64,000 nucleotides of DNA from Candidatus Omnitrophota bacterium. GTDB taxonomy: Bacteria; Omnitrophota; Omnitrophia; Omnitrophales; JACROU01. The position numbers and the translations under genes were made by a program. Of the stretch, positions 1 through 7,500 are shown piece after piece. Position 1 is the stretch's first letter, and the number at the start of each line of letters is the position of its first letter. The notes beneath the pieces were generated by a model. That model was not told the DNA's origin. It worked only from the letters and a program-made list of their open reading frames with translations, and searched no databases. The DNA lies in NCBI GenBank assembly GCA_029261035.1, contig JAJDCD010000008.1, positions 364,480 to 428,479 on the forward strand. Direction: 5' to 3'.

Positions 1-335
1 AACAACCACCGCATCAGATTACGCAACAGCTCACCGGTCCAAACGCCTGCACTTTTGATTTCCTTAACCACATATGTAATCATAATTTAACCTTCCTTTC
101 TTTAATATTAATAATCCCAAGGCGAGAACTCCTTGAATTTCCAATCTCCACTTTCAAGCCATTTCTTCCGAGCTTTCTTTTCACGCTCAACTTCAAAAAC
201 TGCAAGGATGAAACACACAAAAATAACCATAAGAAAACAAAACAAGAACTGGCATAAGCGCTCCACCGCAATCACCCCCTTTTGAGATAAAAAAGCGAGA
301 CAGATTAAATACCCGTCCCGCTTTCAATCTCATCT

Positions 336-1010
336 CTACTTATTTGAATCCCTACGATCTAATTCAAACTCAACGCCGAATCCTAAGACCTTCTGACAAA
401 GTATCCGGCCATCTGCCCAATGCTGGGTCTCGCCATCTGAAGAAATCCAAATTTCTTTCTTCAGAATATGTTTGGTAATAATCAAAAAGGCTGTCACAGC
501 AATGTCATATGGCTTGTAAGCCGTTTTGCAAAAATTAAATTGCCATCCGTTTCCATTCTCTTGCGTTGGATGTGAGTCGAAGTAGCAACTGTGATCTTTA
601 GGTACTACTCGCGGAAACCAACAGGTCTCATGACTACAATCTCCAGAGCAAGCTCTTTTATCAATTGTTGCTCCCGCATGCCAAGATCCAGATGCAACAT
701 CCTCAAGCCAAGGTTTCGCAACACCGTTCGCATTCTTTGACGGCCAAGCAATACCAAGTTCATGGGTTGAGGGATGTCCGCAATCCTCTAGGCCATTAAA
801 AGAGATTAGAGTTTGACTTATCTCAGGCTCACCTTTACCATTTCCACCTGCAAGATTGACACCGAGCTGTTCGAAATGCGGCAGAAGCGCACGAAACTTC
901 GAGCCAATTTCTTCATAACTCTTTACTTCAACTTCCTTGTTTTTTCTATACCAATAATGCGTATATCCCATAATCCATATCTCCTTTAAAAAAAATGCGG
1001 AACGCACCAA
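336..1010 (-). CDS. hypothetical protein (Cys/His/Trp-rich, 224 aa; true start may be an internal Met)
   Basis: Long ORF in the same orientation as the neighbouring cargo genes; no recognisable motif. Confidence 0.4.
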   Translation of the reverse strand: MVRSAFFLKEIWIMGYTHYWYRKNKEVEVKSYEEIGSKFRALLPHFEQLGVNLAGGNGKGEPEISQTLISFNGLEDCGHPSTHELGIAWPSKNANGVAKPWLEDVASGSWHAGATIDKRACSGDCSHETCWFPRVVPKDHSCYFDSHPTQENGNGWQFNFCKTAYKPYDIAVTAFLIITKHILKKEIWISSDGETQHWADGRILCQKVLGFGVEFELDRRDSNK

Positions 1011-1103
1011 AGTACGTCCCGCATGAATTGTTGTATTTTGTATTGAATTTATTAAATCTACTTAACCGCTTTGAGAAATTACCACGTCGACGCGGTTCTC
1101 ATT

Positions 1104-1481
1104 TTAGTCCTCACCTTCAAGCATAATTGTAATCACTGGTTCAGCATCATCCCCAGGTCCGCACTTCGCCCACATCTGAACTGGTTTTGGCTTTTTACTA
1201 TCCGGCATCAGAAAAAGCGGAGCAAAGCGAATCACATTACCATTCGTCCTTCGTGCGTATTTTCTGAAAATCATGAGCATATCCCATGATCTGCCTTTTA
1301 AATCCTGACCTGGTGCATCAGTATTATTTAGAATGGCAAAGACACCCTGCGTTACAGCAAGTGGGAACCGAAAGCCCGCCTCTTTTGCCGTATCTGATAA
1401 ATCAATTAATACTCCATCCTCAAGGGCTTCTTGCCTTGTATATCTAAAGACAATATCTGCATCATCAAATAAGTTACTCAT
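1104..1481 (-). CDS. hypothetical protein (125 aa), ICE cargo
   Basis: ORF with AAAGGAGAATAA SD 9 nt upstream of ATG; no family assigned by eye. Confidence 0.55.
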   Translation of the reverse strand: MSNLFDDADIVFRYTRQEALEDGVLIDLSDTAKEAGFRFPLAVTQGVFAILNNTDAPGQDLKGRSWDMLMIFRKYARRTNGNVIRFAPLFLMPDSKKPKPVQMWAKCGPGDDAEPVITIMLEGED

Positions 1482-1557
1482 TCCTTTATTCTCCTTTGTT
1501 GTAAAATTTAAGAACCTTATACTTATTCATTTAATTTTGTGCGGTTGTTCATAAACC

Positions 1558-1968
1558 TCAATACCGCCCCTTTTTCTTATCTTTGTATTTGGACCAATGC
1601 CACACAACGCTTGCGTGATTGACTACAGCACCAATCTTTTCTAAATGTTTACACCGCTCGGCTAACTCAAGCGCAGCTTTCTTACCTTCCTTTGAAAAAG
1701 CATATGCGAAGTCGTAAAGCTCTATCTGTTCGTCTTTCCAAAAAATGCTAGATTTGTAATCAATCGTTAAGTGTTTAATTTCATGGAAGTACGGCTTCTT
1801 GTATTCTTCAGCAACAACCTGTTCATGCAACTTACAGAATTCGTCATTTCCTCTATCATTCAGTAAGCCATTCACAGCATTTTCAACTAACCAAAAATGT
1901 CTTAAGCACAGGTCTTTTCCATCATCTGTTTTTCTTAAAATCTCTATCGCCATTTCACAAGCATTCAT
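1558..1968 (-). CDS. hypothetical protein (136 aa)
   Basis: ORF preceded by TAAGGAGGTG SD at 7 nt. Confidence 0.55.
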   Translation of the reverse strand: MNACEMAIEILRKTDDGKDLCLRHFWLVENAVNGLLNDRGNDEFCKLHEQVVAEEYKKPYFHEIKHLTIDYKSSIFWKDEQIELYDFAYAFSKEGKKAALELAERCKHLEKIGAVVNHASVVWHWSKYKDKKKGRY

Positions 1969-2013
1969 CGTTTAACACCTCCTTAATTTATTGAATTTCA
2001 AAATTCCTTCTTT

Positions 2014-2211
2014 TCAATCTACTCCCTCTCCTGTTTCTGAATATTTAAAAACCATGTAGTAAATCTCATCATCCGTAACACCTTTCGATTTTAGAAAACG
2101 AACGGCTTTTCCTTTTGACTTGAATTCCTTAACTTCTCCATGCTTGTCTAGTAAATATTCCAATCCATTTAGGGTTATTCCATTAATGTGACGTCCAACA
2201 ATAACTGCCAT
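2014..2211 (-). CDS. small hypothetical protein (65 aa)
   Basis: ORF with GAGGAGG SD at ~9 nt. Confidence 0.4.
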   Translation of the reverse strand: MAVIVGRHINGITLNGLEYLLDKHGEVKEFKSKGKAVRFLKSKGVTDDEIYYMVFKYSETGEGVD

Positions 2212-2249
2212 GCCTTAGAACCTCCTCTTAAAAATGAAAAGGGACCACA

Positions 2250-2285
2250 CAAAAAAATGGAGAGCAATTAAGCTCTCCTTGTGCA
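2250..2285 (-). terminator. intrinsic terminator downstream of the JAB gene (end of Ubl-E2-E1-JAB operon)
   Basis: GGAGAGC-aattaa-GCTCTCC hairpin (2259..2278) followed on the minus strand by a U-tract (plus-strand A7 at 2251..2257). Confidence 0.55.
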
Positions 2286-2321
2286 GTCCCTAAGTCTTTA
2301 TTTGTAATCTAAATTGTGTTA

Positions 2322-2978
2322 TTACATCATGCCTTCCGGTGGTAAATCCCTATCTATATCAAGCAGATAACCACATCGGCATTCTTCTGGATAACATAGT
2401 CCGCAGAAATCCTCTTCTTCAGAAAAGATTGTTTCCTCTCGCAGTTTCTTTCTTTTTTTGACTTCAGAAAACAATTCTTCTTTTTCTTCTGTGATTTTTG
2501 AAAAGTCTATGTCTGAGGGGCACCCTAAAAGGTTCAGCCTCAATTTGACATAACCGAATGCCCCACAAGGAAGCTTTGTTTTCTTTGTGGCTTCATAGGT
2601 TCCTTTATTCGAGAGTACGATACTATATTCATACACATTTCTCGCGTGAGCATCGTCTTCAGGCGAATGAAAAGCGTCCATATTATGATGGGAATGCACA
2701 ATTCCGTTTCCGCCAAGTTCCTCTTCGAATTCACAATTAACTGAAGTGACTTGCTGTACCGGAATCTTAAACTCGTCTATCGTCCCGTCTTTTACCCAAA
2801 AAACTCCACCCCATTCCTTATCTCTCATTTGTTGAGAAAGAAAGAGCCACCGACTCCATATCTCCCAAGGAATATCTAGAGTTCCGCGGTTATCTTCATC
2901 AACGCACCAACCGCATTCACCATAGTTTTTCACTTCTATGTCCAGTAGATTGCTGTTCTTGTTATTTTGTAATTTCAT
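2322..2978 (-). CDS. JAB/MPN (JAMM) metallopeptidase, Ubl-processing/deconjugating enzyme
   Basis: JAMM motif H-S-H-x7-S-x2-D (IVHSHHNMDAFHSPEDD). Start re-assigned to the internal ATG at 2978 (MKLQNN...), which overlaps the E1 stop by 17 nt. Confidence 0.8.
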   Translation of the reverse strand: MKLQNNKNSNLLDIEVKNYGECGWCVDEDNRGTLDIPWEIWSRWLFLSQQMRDKEWGGVFWVKDGTIDEFKIPVQQVTSVNCEFEEELGGNGIVHSHHNMDAFHSPEDDAHARNVYEYSIVLSNKGTYEATKKTKLPCGAFGYVKLRLNLLGCPSDIDFSKITEEKEELFSEVKKRKKLREETIFSEEEDFCGLCYPEECRCGYLLDIDRDLPPEGMM

Positions 2979-3912
2979 TTTCTTCTTCCTCCATAGTTTG
3001 ATTTTCTTTCCAGGCCTCAAGCGCAGACTCAAGACTAGAACCTTTGATATCACCAGATTTAATTTGCTCAATGGCATTATTAAATCCTTCCTCTTTACCT
3101 TCCTCTACACCTTCTGCTTTCGATTCGTCCCTTGCTTCGTCCATATCACCTTCCGAATACTGCATTGAACAATCGCCACAATATCCATAGTCGTCTGGAA
3201 TATGTTCATGGATGTTGTCTAGGATGTTTTCCTCTCCGCTTTCAACACCCTCTGCCTGCCCTTTCTCTCTTGCATCATCCAAGATTTTGGGGCAAACATG
3301 AGAGCACCCCTGAGTATGCAGCTTCCCAATATCATCCATAATACAGACTTCTTTGTAGAGCTGTGAGGACACACCCGCTGCGGCCGCTAAGACCGCAGGA
3401 ATTACCCAGGATGGCGTTACCGAATACCCACCCTCCTCTGTTACTTTGTTAAACGATAGAGGGAAAGCTTTTGAAACGTTGAGGATTGTTCCGTCATATC
3501 CTATCCTTTGATAAGGGATCTCATTCTTTTTGCAATAAGCACAAATGATCTGCTGGCTTTTCAAATTATCTGTGCAGCAAAAAACAACTCCCCGGAGAAG
3601 ACTGCAATCACTCGGTTCTTCTATACGCGCTTCCTGCACCTCAATTCTTATAGGGTTCCTTATAGATCTGATGAAGTTGCTTACAACTTCTGTTTTCTTC
3701 ATTCCAACATCACCCTGCGTTAAAGGAAGTCTATTAAGGTTGGAAGTCTCAAGCGTATCCGAGTCCACAAGCACAAGCTCTTTGACCCCCGACATAGCAA
3801 GAAAGATTGCGGTCCAAAACCCCGTCCCGCCACACCCAACAATCGAAACTACTTCAGGAATTTTAATGTCTGTGATTCTATTCTGCCGTTCATAAATCGC
3901 TTCTTGTATCAT
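2962..3912 (-). CDS. ThiF/MoeB-family E1-like adenylyltransferase with acidic Cys4 C-terminal tail
   Basis: Rossmann motif VGCGGTGF and LVLVDSDTLETSNLNRL. Crossover-loop Cys in ICAYCKK. C-terminal CxxxC...CxxC. AGGAGA SD. Confidence 0.85.
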   Translation of the reverse strand: MIQEAIYERQNRITDIKIPEVVSIVGCGGTGFWTAIFLAMSGVKELVLVDSDTLETSNLNRLPLTQGDVGMKKTEVVSNFIRSIRNPIRIEVQEARIEEPSDCSLLRGVVFCCTDNLKSQQIICAYCKKNEIPYQRIGYDGTILNVSKAFPLSFNKVTEEGGYSVTPSWVIPAVLAAAAGVSSQLYKEVCIMDDIGKLHTQGCSHVCPKILDDAREKGQAEGVESGEENILDNIHEHIPDDYGYCGDCSMQYSEGDMDEARDESKAEGVEEGKEEGFNNAIEQIKSGDIKGSSLESALEAWKENQTMEEEENEITK

Positions 3913-3937
3913 TTTAGGTTTTCTCCTTTTGTTTATT

Positions 3938-4543
3938 TTAAAGAAGCTTCTCTATCATCTCTTTTTCGAGAAGCTGGTTAACTTTTATTTCTGACGGGCT
4001 ATCTTTATTTTCGAAGATTTCCTTAAGCTTTTTATTATCATCGGGTAAAAAAACTCCACCCAAAGACTCCATATTAATGATCTTGAATGCTTCTACTATT
4101 CGTGCCGTCTCTTGCTGCAACCCTTCAAAAGACTTTGGCTCACTACACTTAAGATCACCTGTGCATATAGGACGGATATGCTCCCCATCCATCCCAAGAT
4201 AATGGAATCCTATGAGAGGCTCTGCCGTAAAATATCTGAACTTTGCAGAATTATCATAAACTCCATAAACCTTAAAAGGATCATGCGTTATCGGTTGCTT
4301 CAAGATGTAAGTTTTTCCGCGTGAATAGAGCCGGTCTATCCGAAGCTCTCCAACGTATCCTTCTATCAAAACATGCTCACCCTTTAGCGAAAGACAAACA
4401 TCTCCACGAAAAGGTAGATTAAGTACATTTTTCCTAAGATCTTCAGCATATTTATCAATATATTCACGCCAAGAAGCATCCACAGCCATAACCGCTTCAG
4501 AACATTTCTCTGCCTCGCTTATCAGTTGGGTGTCAATCATCAC
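3938..4543 (-). CDS. putative E2-like (UBC-fold) conjugating enzyme
   Basis: FHYLGMDGEHIRPICTGDL resembles the HPN...G.IC.D.L active-site flap of E2s. Positioned between the Ubl and E1 genes. AGGAGG SD. Confidence 0.5.
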   Translation of the reverse strand: MMIDTQLISEAEKCSEAVMAVDASWREYIDKYAEDLRKNVLNLPFRGDVCLSLKGEHVLIEGYVGELRIDRLYSRGKTYILKQPITHDPFKVYGVYDNSAKFRYFTAEPLIGFHYLGMDGEHIRPICTGDLKCSEPKSFEGLQQETARIVEAFKIINMESLGGVFLPDDNKKLKEIFENKDSPSEIKVNQLLEKEMIEKLL

Positions 4544-4565
4544 CTCTTCACCTCCTAGAGTAAAA

Positions 4566-4599
4566 GGGAGGAAGGCAAAAACAACGATGCCTTCCTCCC
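4566..4599 (-). promoter_or_regulatory. perfect 12-bp stem hairpin between the Ubl and E2 genes (attenuator / SD-sequestering element)
   Basis: GGGAGGAAGGCA-N10-TGCCTTCCTCCC. On the mRNA the 3' arm, CCUUCCUCCC, is anti-SD-like and is followed by UUUU and then the E2 SD. Confidence 0.5.
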
Positions 4600-4619
4600 A
4601 AGTTAGTTACTTGCTTCCT

Positions 4620-4856
4620 TTAACAGCCAGGTTTAACGTAACGTTTCACTTCAACCTTGTGCTGACCGAAGGTTTCCGGTAAGCCCGCCGTATCTTGAAG
4701 CTCCGCGCCATTCACTAAGATAGTGAATGAATCAATACCTTTCTCTTCAAGGATTCTTTTCAAAGATTCCTTCACAGGATCGGTCGCGTTTACTTCTACA
4801 TTTTCACCAGCAATATTAATTGTTACTTTGTCGTTTTTAAATTCATTTAGATTCAT
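4620..4856 (-). CDS. ubiquitin-like beta-grasp protein (ThiS/MoaD-like), C-terminus ...KPGC
   Basis: 78-aa product KVTINIAGENVEV...ILVNGAEL...HKVEVKRYVKPGC. Start at ATG 4856 (AGGAGAATAA SD), not the upstream GTG. It is the first gene of the four-gene operon. Confidence 0.6.
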   Translation of the reverse strand: MNLNEFKNDKVTINIAGENVEVNATDPVKESLKRILEEKGIDSFTILVNGAELQDTAGLPETFGQHKVEVKRYVKPGC

Positions 4857-4990
4857 TTTGTTATTCTCCTTTAGTTTTTTTAAATTTAATTTGATACTGC
4901 TTATTTGTACTGCATACTTTTTTTCTGATGGCACCTCCTTTTAAACGAAAAAAGAGAAGCGCGTAATATCGCTTCCCTTTTGATGTTTTG
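4857..4990 (-). repeat. conserved ~110-nt 5' leader cassette, copy 1 (terminator hairpin 4954..4977 + AAGGAGGTG + conserved leader + AGGAGAATAA-ATGAAT)
   Basis: Near-identical in block order and sequence to 7183..7300, which lies upstream of an unrelated gene. Confidence 0.55.
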
Positions 4991-5016
4991 TTTTCTCTCA
5001 CATAAACTAGTGCGTT

Positions 5017-5109
5017 TTACTTCACGACAACATTCCAACCGCGTCTCTCAAATCGCTTAATGAGATGCGCGTATCTTTGCTGATCCTCTTTTCGAATAAT
5101 CAATCGCAT
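5017..5109 (-). CDS. small basic protein, 30 aa (MRLIIRKEDQQRYAHLIKRFERRGWNVVVK)
   Basis: Perfect SD TAAGGAGGTGA 6 nt upstream of ATG. Falls below the ORF-track length cutoff. Confidence 0.35.
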   Translation of the reverse strand: MRLIIRKEDQQRYAHLIKRFERRGWNVVVK

Positions 5110-5211
5110 CAGAATCACCTCCTTAAAAGAAATAAGAGAAGCAGCCCAAGCCACTTCCCTTTAGATTTAAAATCGGAAACAAATTAGTCTCCGTATTTCG
5201 AAACGACTTCT

Positions 5212-6189
5212 TTAGATTTTTGAAACTAAGACCGCTTCATCAAATGCTCTGGACTTAACATTTGCTCCATTTTCAAACCAAATGTTTTTAAGTCGATTCG
5301 TTGGATCTTTTTTGACATTCCTAATGGTGCTTATATGATCCACATACTCAGTCACAGCATTGTAAGCAGCCCATAAAGTCCCTCGAATACCAGGTCTATC
5401 ATTACCGGCACCTTTCTCAAAAAGCTCGACCAGATTAACTTTCTTTTTCTTAAGCCTCGTCGATTCCTCTTCTTGAATAGTTGAATCGACTCCTAAAACT
5501 CTGTCAAAATAGGACTCAACTTGTGATGCACCCAGTGGCTTCCTGACAAAACCTTGGACCAACTCATCAAAACCTGAATAGAAATCTAGCGCTAATCCTA
5601 AAACGCGCCTCGCCTCTCCGACTCTCATGCGGATATTGCCTGAGTGACGAATCGAAACACTACTTTCCGTGTTCTTTAACGAACAATTCAGAGTGTTTTG
5701 GCAAACAACACGGATAGGCGTGAAATACACTTTTAAAGGAGATCTCCCGTTGTGTGTATTGGTAAGACATAAGTATTTTTCCACCACATCATCTCTAAAA
5801 ACAATAGTGTTTTGTGGTAGCTTGGCGAGAAGCCAAATCTGTTCTCCTTTCCCAAGAGCCCCTGCGGTGTGATAAATTGCCTGCCCTTCGCCAACAAGTG
5901 CATCAAAGAAATCGAATGCTTCTTTATTCTGGATCACCGAGTACTTACGCCCGACGATTCCTAAAGGCTCTTTTGTGTCCTGTCTAACCGTTGCAAAAAA
6001 CTTAGGGACTATCCGCTTATTTTCTGCTTCATCTACGGTGTAAACAGAACGTTTTTCGATTTCATAATCGAGTCCTGCTGCAACAATCGCTTCTTGGGCT
6101 GTCGCGGGATGATCCAATTCTGTTCCAATCCCATGCCAAGGTTTCTCTCCGTAATAAAACATTTTGTTTTCATTAATATTGTGCGCCAT
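5212..6189 (-). CDS. DUF932 family protein (phage/plasmid-like, typical ICE/plasmid leading-region gene)
   Basis: N-terminal MFYYGEKPWHGIG signature of DUF932. TGGAGG SD. Confidence 0.8.
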   Translation of the reverse strand: MAHNINENKMFYYGEKPWHGIGTELDHPATAQEAIVAAGLDYEIEKRSVYTVDEAENKRIVPKFFATVRQDTKEPLGIVGRKYSVIQNKEAFDFFDALVGEGQAIYHTAGALGKGEQIWLLAKLPQNTIVFRDDVVEKYLCLTNTHNGRSPLKVYFTPIRVVCQNTLNCSLKNTESSVSIRHSGNIRMRVGEARRVLGLALDFYSGFDELVQGFVRKPLGASQVESYFDRVLGVDSTIQEEESTRLKKKKVNLVELFEKGAGNDRPGIRGTLWAAYNAVTEYVDHISTIRNVKKDPTNRLKNIWFENGANVKSRAFDEAVLVSKI

Positions 6190-6223
6190 GATTGGCCTCC
6201 ATTTTTTTTATTGTAAAAAGAAA

Positions 6224-6251
6224 GGAGAAGCGGTCTAACGACCACTTCTCC
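6224..6251 (-). terminator. terminator-like hairpin between the PC4-like gene and the DUF932 gene
   Basis: GGAGAAG-C-GGTC-taac-GACC-A-CTTCTCC with a U-tract on the minus strand. Confidence 0.45.
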
Positions 6252-6273
6252 CTATGACGAGACTTTGTTTTAT

Positions 6274-6558
6274 TCAAGCCTGTGAAACGTTTGAGCAATT
6301 CAACTTGTCATTATCCTCTTTTACTTCGATTCTTTTTACGGCCTTGCAAAGACGTTCAGCCGCCTTTCGTAATTCCTGCGCTTGGTCTACGGAGAAGGAT
6401 ACACCCTTCTTGGTAGGCAAAAGCGTATGTTCATTATGACTTTGAAACCAAAGCCTCAAATCTATAAAATACTTACCTTTGTATTTCCTGATTGATGCTT
6501 GAATCTCCTCTCCTTTACCTCTTGGAAAACTATAGATAAGACAACTATCTTCCGTCAT
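6274..6558 (-). CDS. PC4/YdbC-like ssDNA-binding protein (single domain)
   Basis: KYKGKYFIDLRLWF...KGVSFSV pattern. Start set at MTEDS (AAGGAGAA SD). Confidence 0.5.
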   Translation of the reverse strand: MTEDSCLIYSFPRGKGEEIQASIRKYKGKYFIDLRLWFQSHNEHTLLPTKKGVSFSVDQAQELRKAAERLCKAVKRIEVKEDNDKLNCSNVSQA

Positions 6559-6648
6559 TTTTTCTCCTTCTCGGTTATTTGATTGACCACAATAAATAAA
6601 AGGGAGGGGCAAATGCATCACCCCTCCCTTCAATTCGAGACAGCACCG

Positions 6649-7182
6649 TTAAGCAGCTACTGTTTCCGCTGCCATTTCAGGTAGCGGACTTAGAAGTGCT
6701 TCCACAATAGCGGGAACAGCAGAATCCAAGATTGAGATTCCACATTTCCCTTTACCTGTACGAAGCTCATCGGTTTCCTCTGCGGTGAAGAAGAATTGGA
6801 CACGTACAGCTTGATTGTCCTTTCCTCTTGTTTTTTTGATTCCGTAAAAGTTCTTACCTGGAATCTCAACCATTTGAGAAGAACCTTGCGTAAACGGCTC
6901 CTTTCCTTCCTCAGGTTTTGGAAGTTCTGGAGCTGCTTTTGCCGCCATCATAAAAGCTGCAACTTGAGGGCAAGCGTCTTCTCGCAACTTAATCATGTCA
7001 TCAGAAGCGACGAAACTCTTACCATCCTTGCTTTCAAAATAGCGTTGGACGATTCGATACTGAACTCCTTCCTTATCATCCTTCCAGAGTCGCACTCGAT
7101 AAACATTCTTCTCTGAACGAGGAACCTCTGCAATTACCTTATTTTGACTTTCGTTACTTTTGTTTTCTTTGTTTGTATTCAT
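6649..7182 (-). CDS. tandem PC4-like ssDNA-binding protein (two domains)
   Basis: VYRVRLWKDDKEGVQYRIVQRYF...GKSFV and a second VRVQFFFTAEETDELRTGKGKCGISI repeat. Confidence 0.55.
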   Translation of the reverse strand: MNTNKENKSNESQNKVIAEVPRSEKNVYRVRLWKDDKEGVQYRIVQRYFESKDGKSFVASDDMIKLREDACPQVAAFMMAAKAAPELPKPEEGKEPFTQGSSQMVEIPGKNFYGIKKTRGKDNQAVRVQFFFTAEETDELRTGKGKCGISILDSAVPAIVEALLSPLPEMAAETVAA

Positions 7183-7300
7183 TGTTTTATTCTCCTTAGT
7201 TTTTTTAATTTAATTTGAATTACTTATCTGAACTGCTAGTTTTTTCTCTTGTTATCACCTCCTTAAAATAAAAAAGAGAAGCGGGCTAATAATTCCGGCT
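7183..7300 (-). repeat. conserved ~110-nt 5' leader cassette, copy 2
   Basis: Aligns block-by-block with 4857..4990: cttctcTTTTTT-AAGGAGGTG-AGAAAAAA-GCAGT-ATAAG-CAAATTAAATT-AAAAAAACTAAGGAGAATAA-ATGAAT. Confidence 0.55.
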
Positions 7301-7408
7301 TCTCTAAACTGTTTTGAACTTTATTTAAAAGTAAAGTTCGGTGAATATTTCAGGTTGATCAAATATTTCATTTAATATCACCTCATCCATAAAATATCTC
7401 CTTTCGCA

Positions 7409-7455
7409 ATAAAAAAGGGGAAGACTCCGAGTCAAAACGACTCAAAATCTTCCCC
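7409..7455 (-). terminator. intrinsic terminator downstream of the coupling-protein gene
   Basis: GGGGAAGA-CTCC-GAGTC-aaaac-GACTC-aaaa-TCTTCCCC nested hairpin followed by U6 on the minus strand. Confidence 0.6.
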
Positions 7456-7500
7456 TTATGATTTAATTATATTCTTATGTATAAAGCTCGAACGGCTAAG

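Noticed and set aside
80-271. 63-aa minus-strand ORF at the window start
   Set aside because: Low-complexity hydrophobic translation and no SD. It lies in the intergenic tail next to the 336..1010 gene and is most likely spurious.
4931-4942. Plus-strand CACCTCCTT(A) strings (also at 5118, 7289, 1976) identical to the 3' end of 16S rRNA
   Set aside because: They are simply the complement of strong minus-strand SD sequences (TAAGGAGGTG). No rRNA gene context is present.
7325-7390. 21-aa ORF (MDEVILNEIFDQPEIFTELYF) with an AAAGGAGAT SD
   Set aside because: Too short and acidic to judge. It may be real but has no supporting features beyond the SD, so it is kept out of the feature list.
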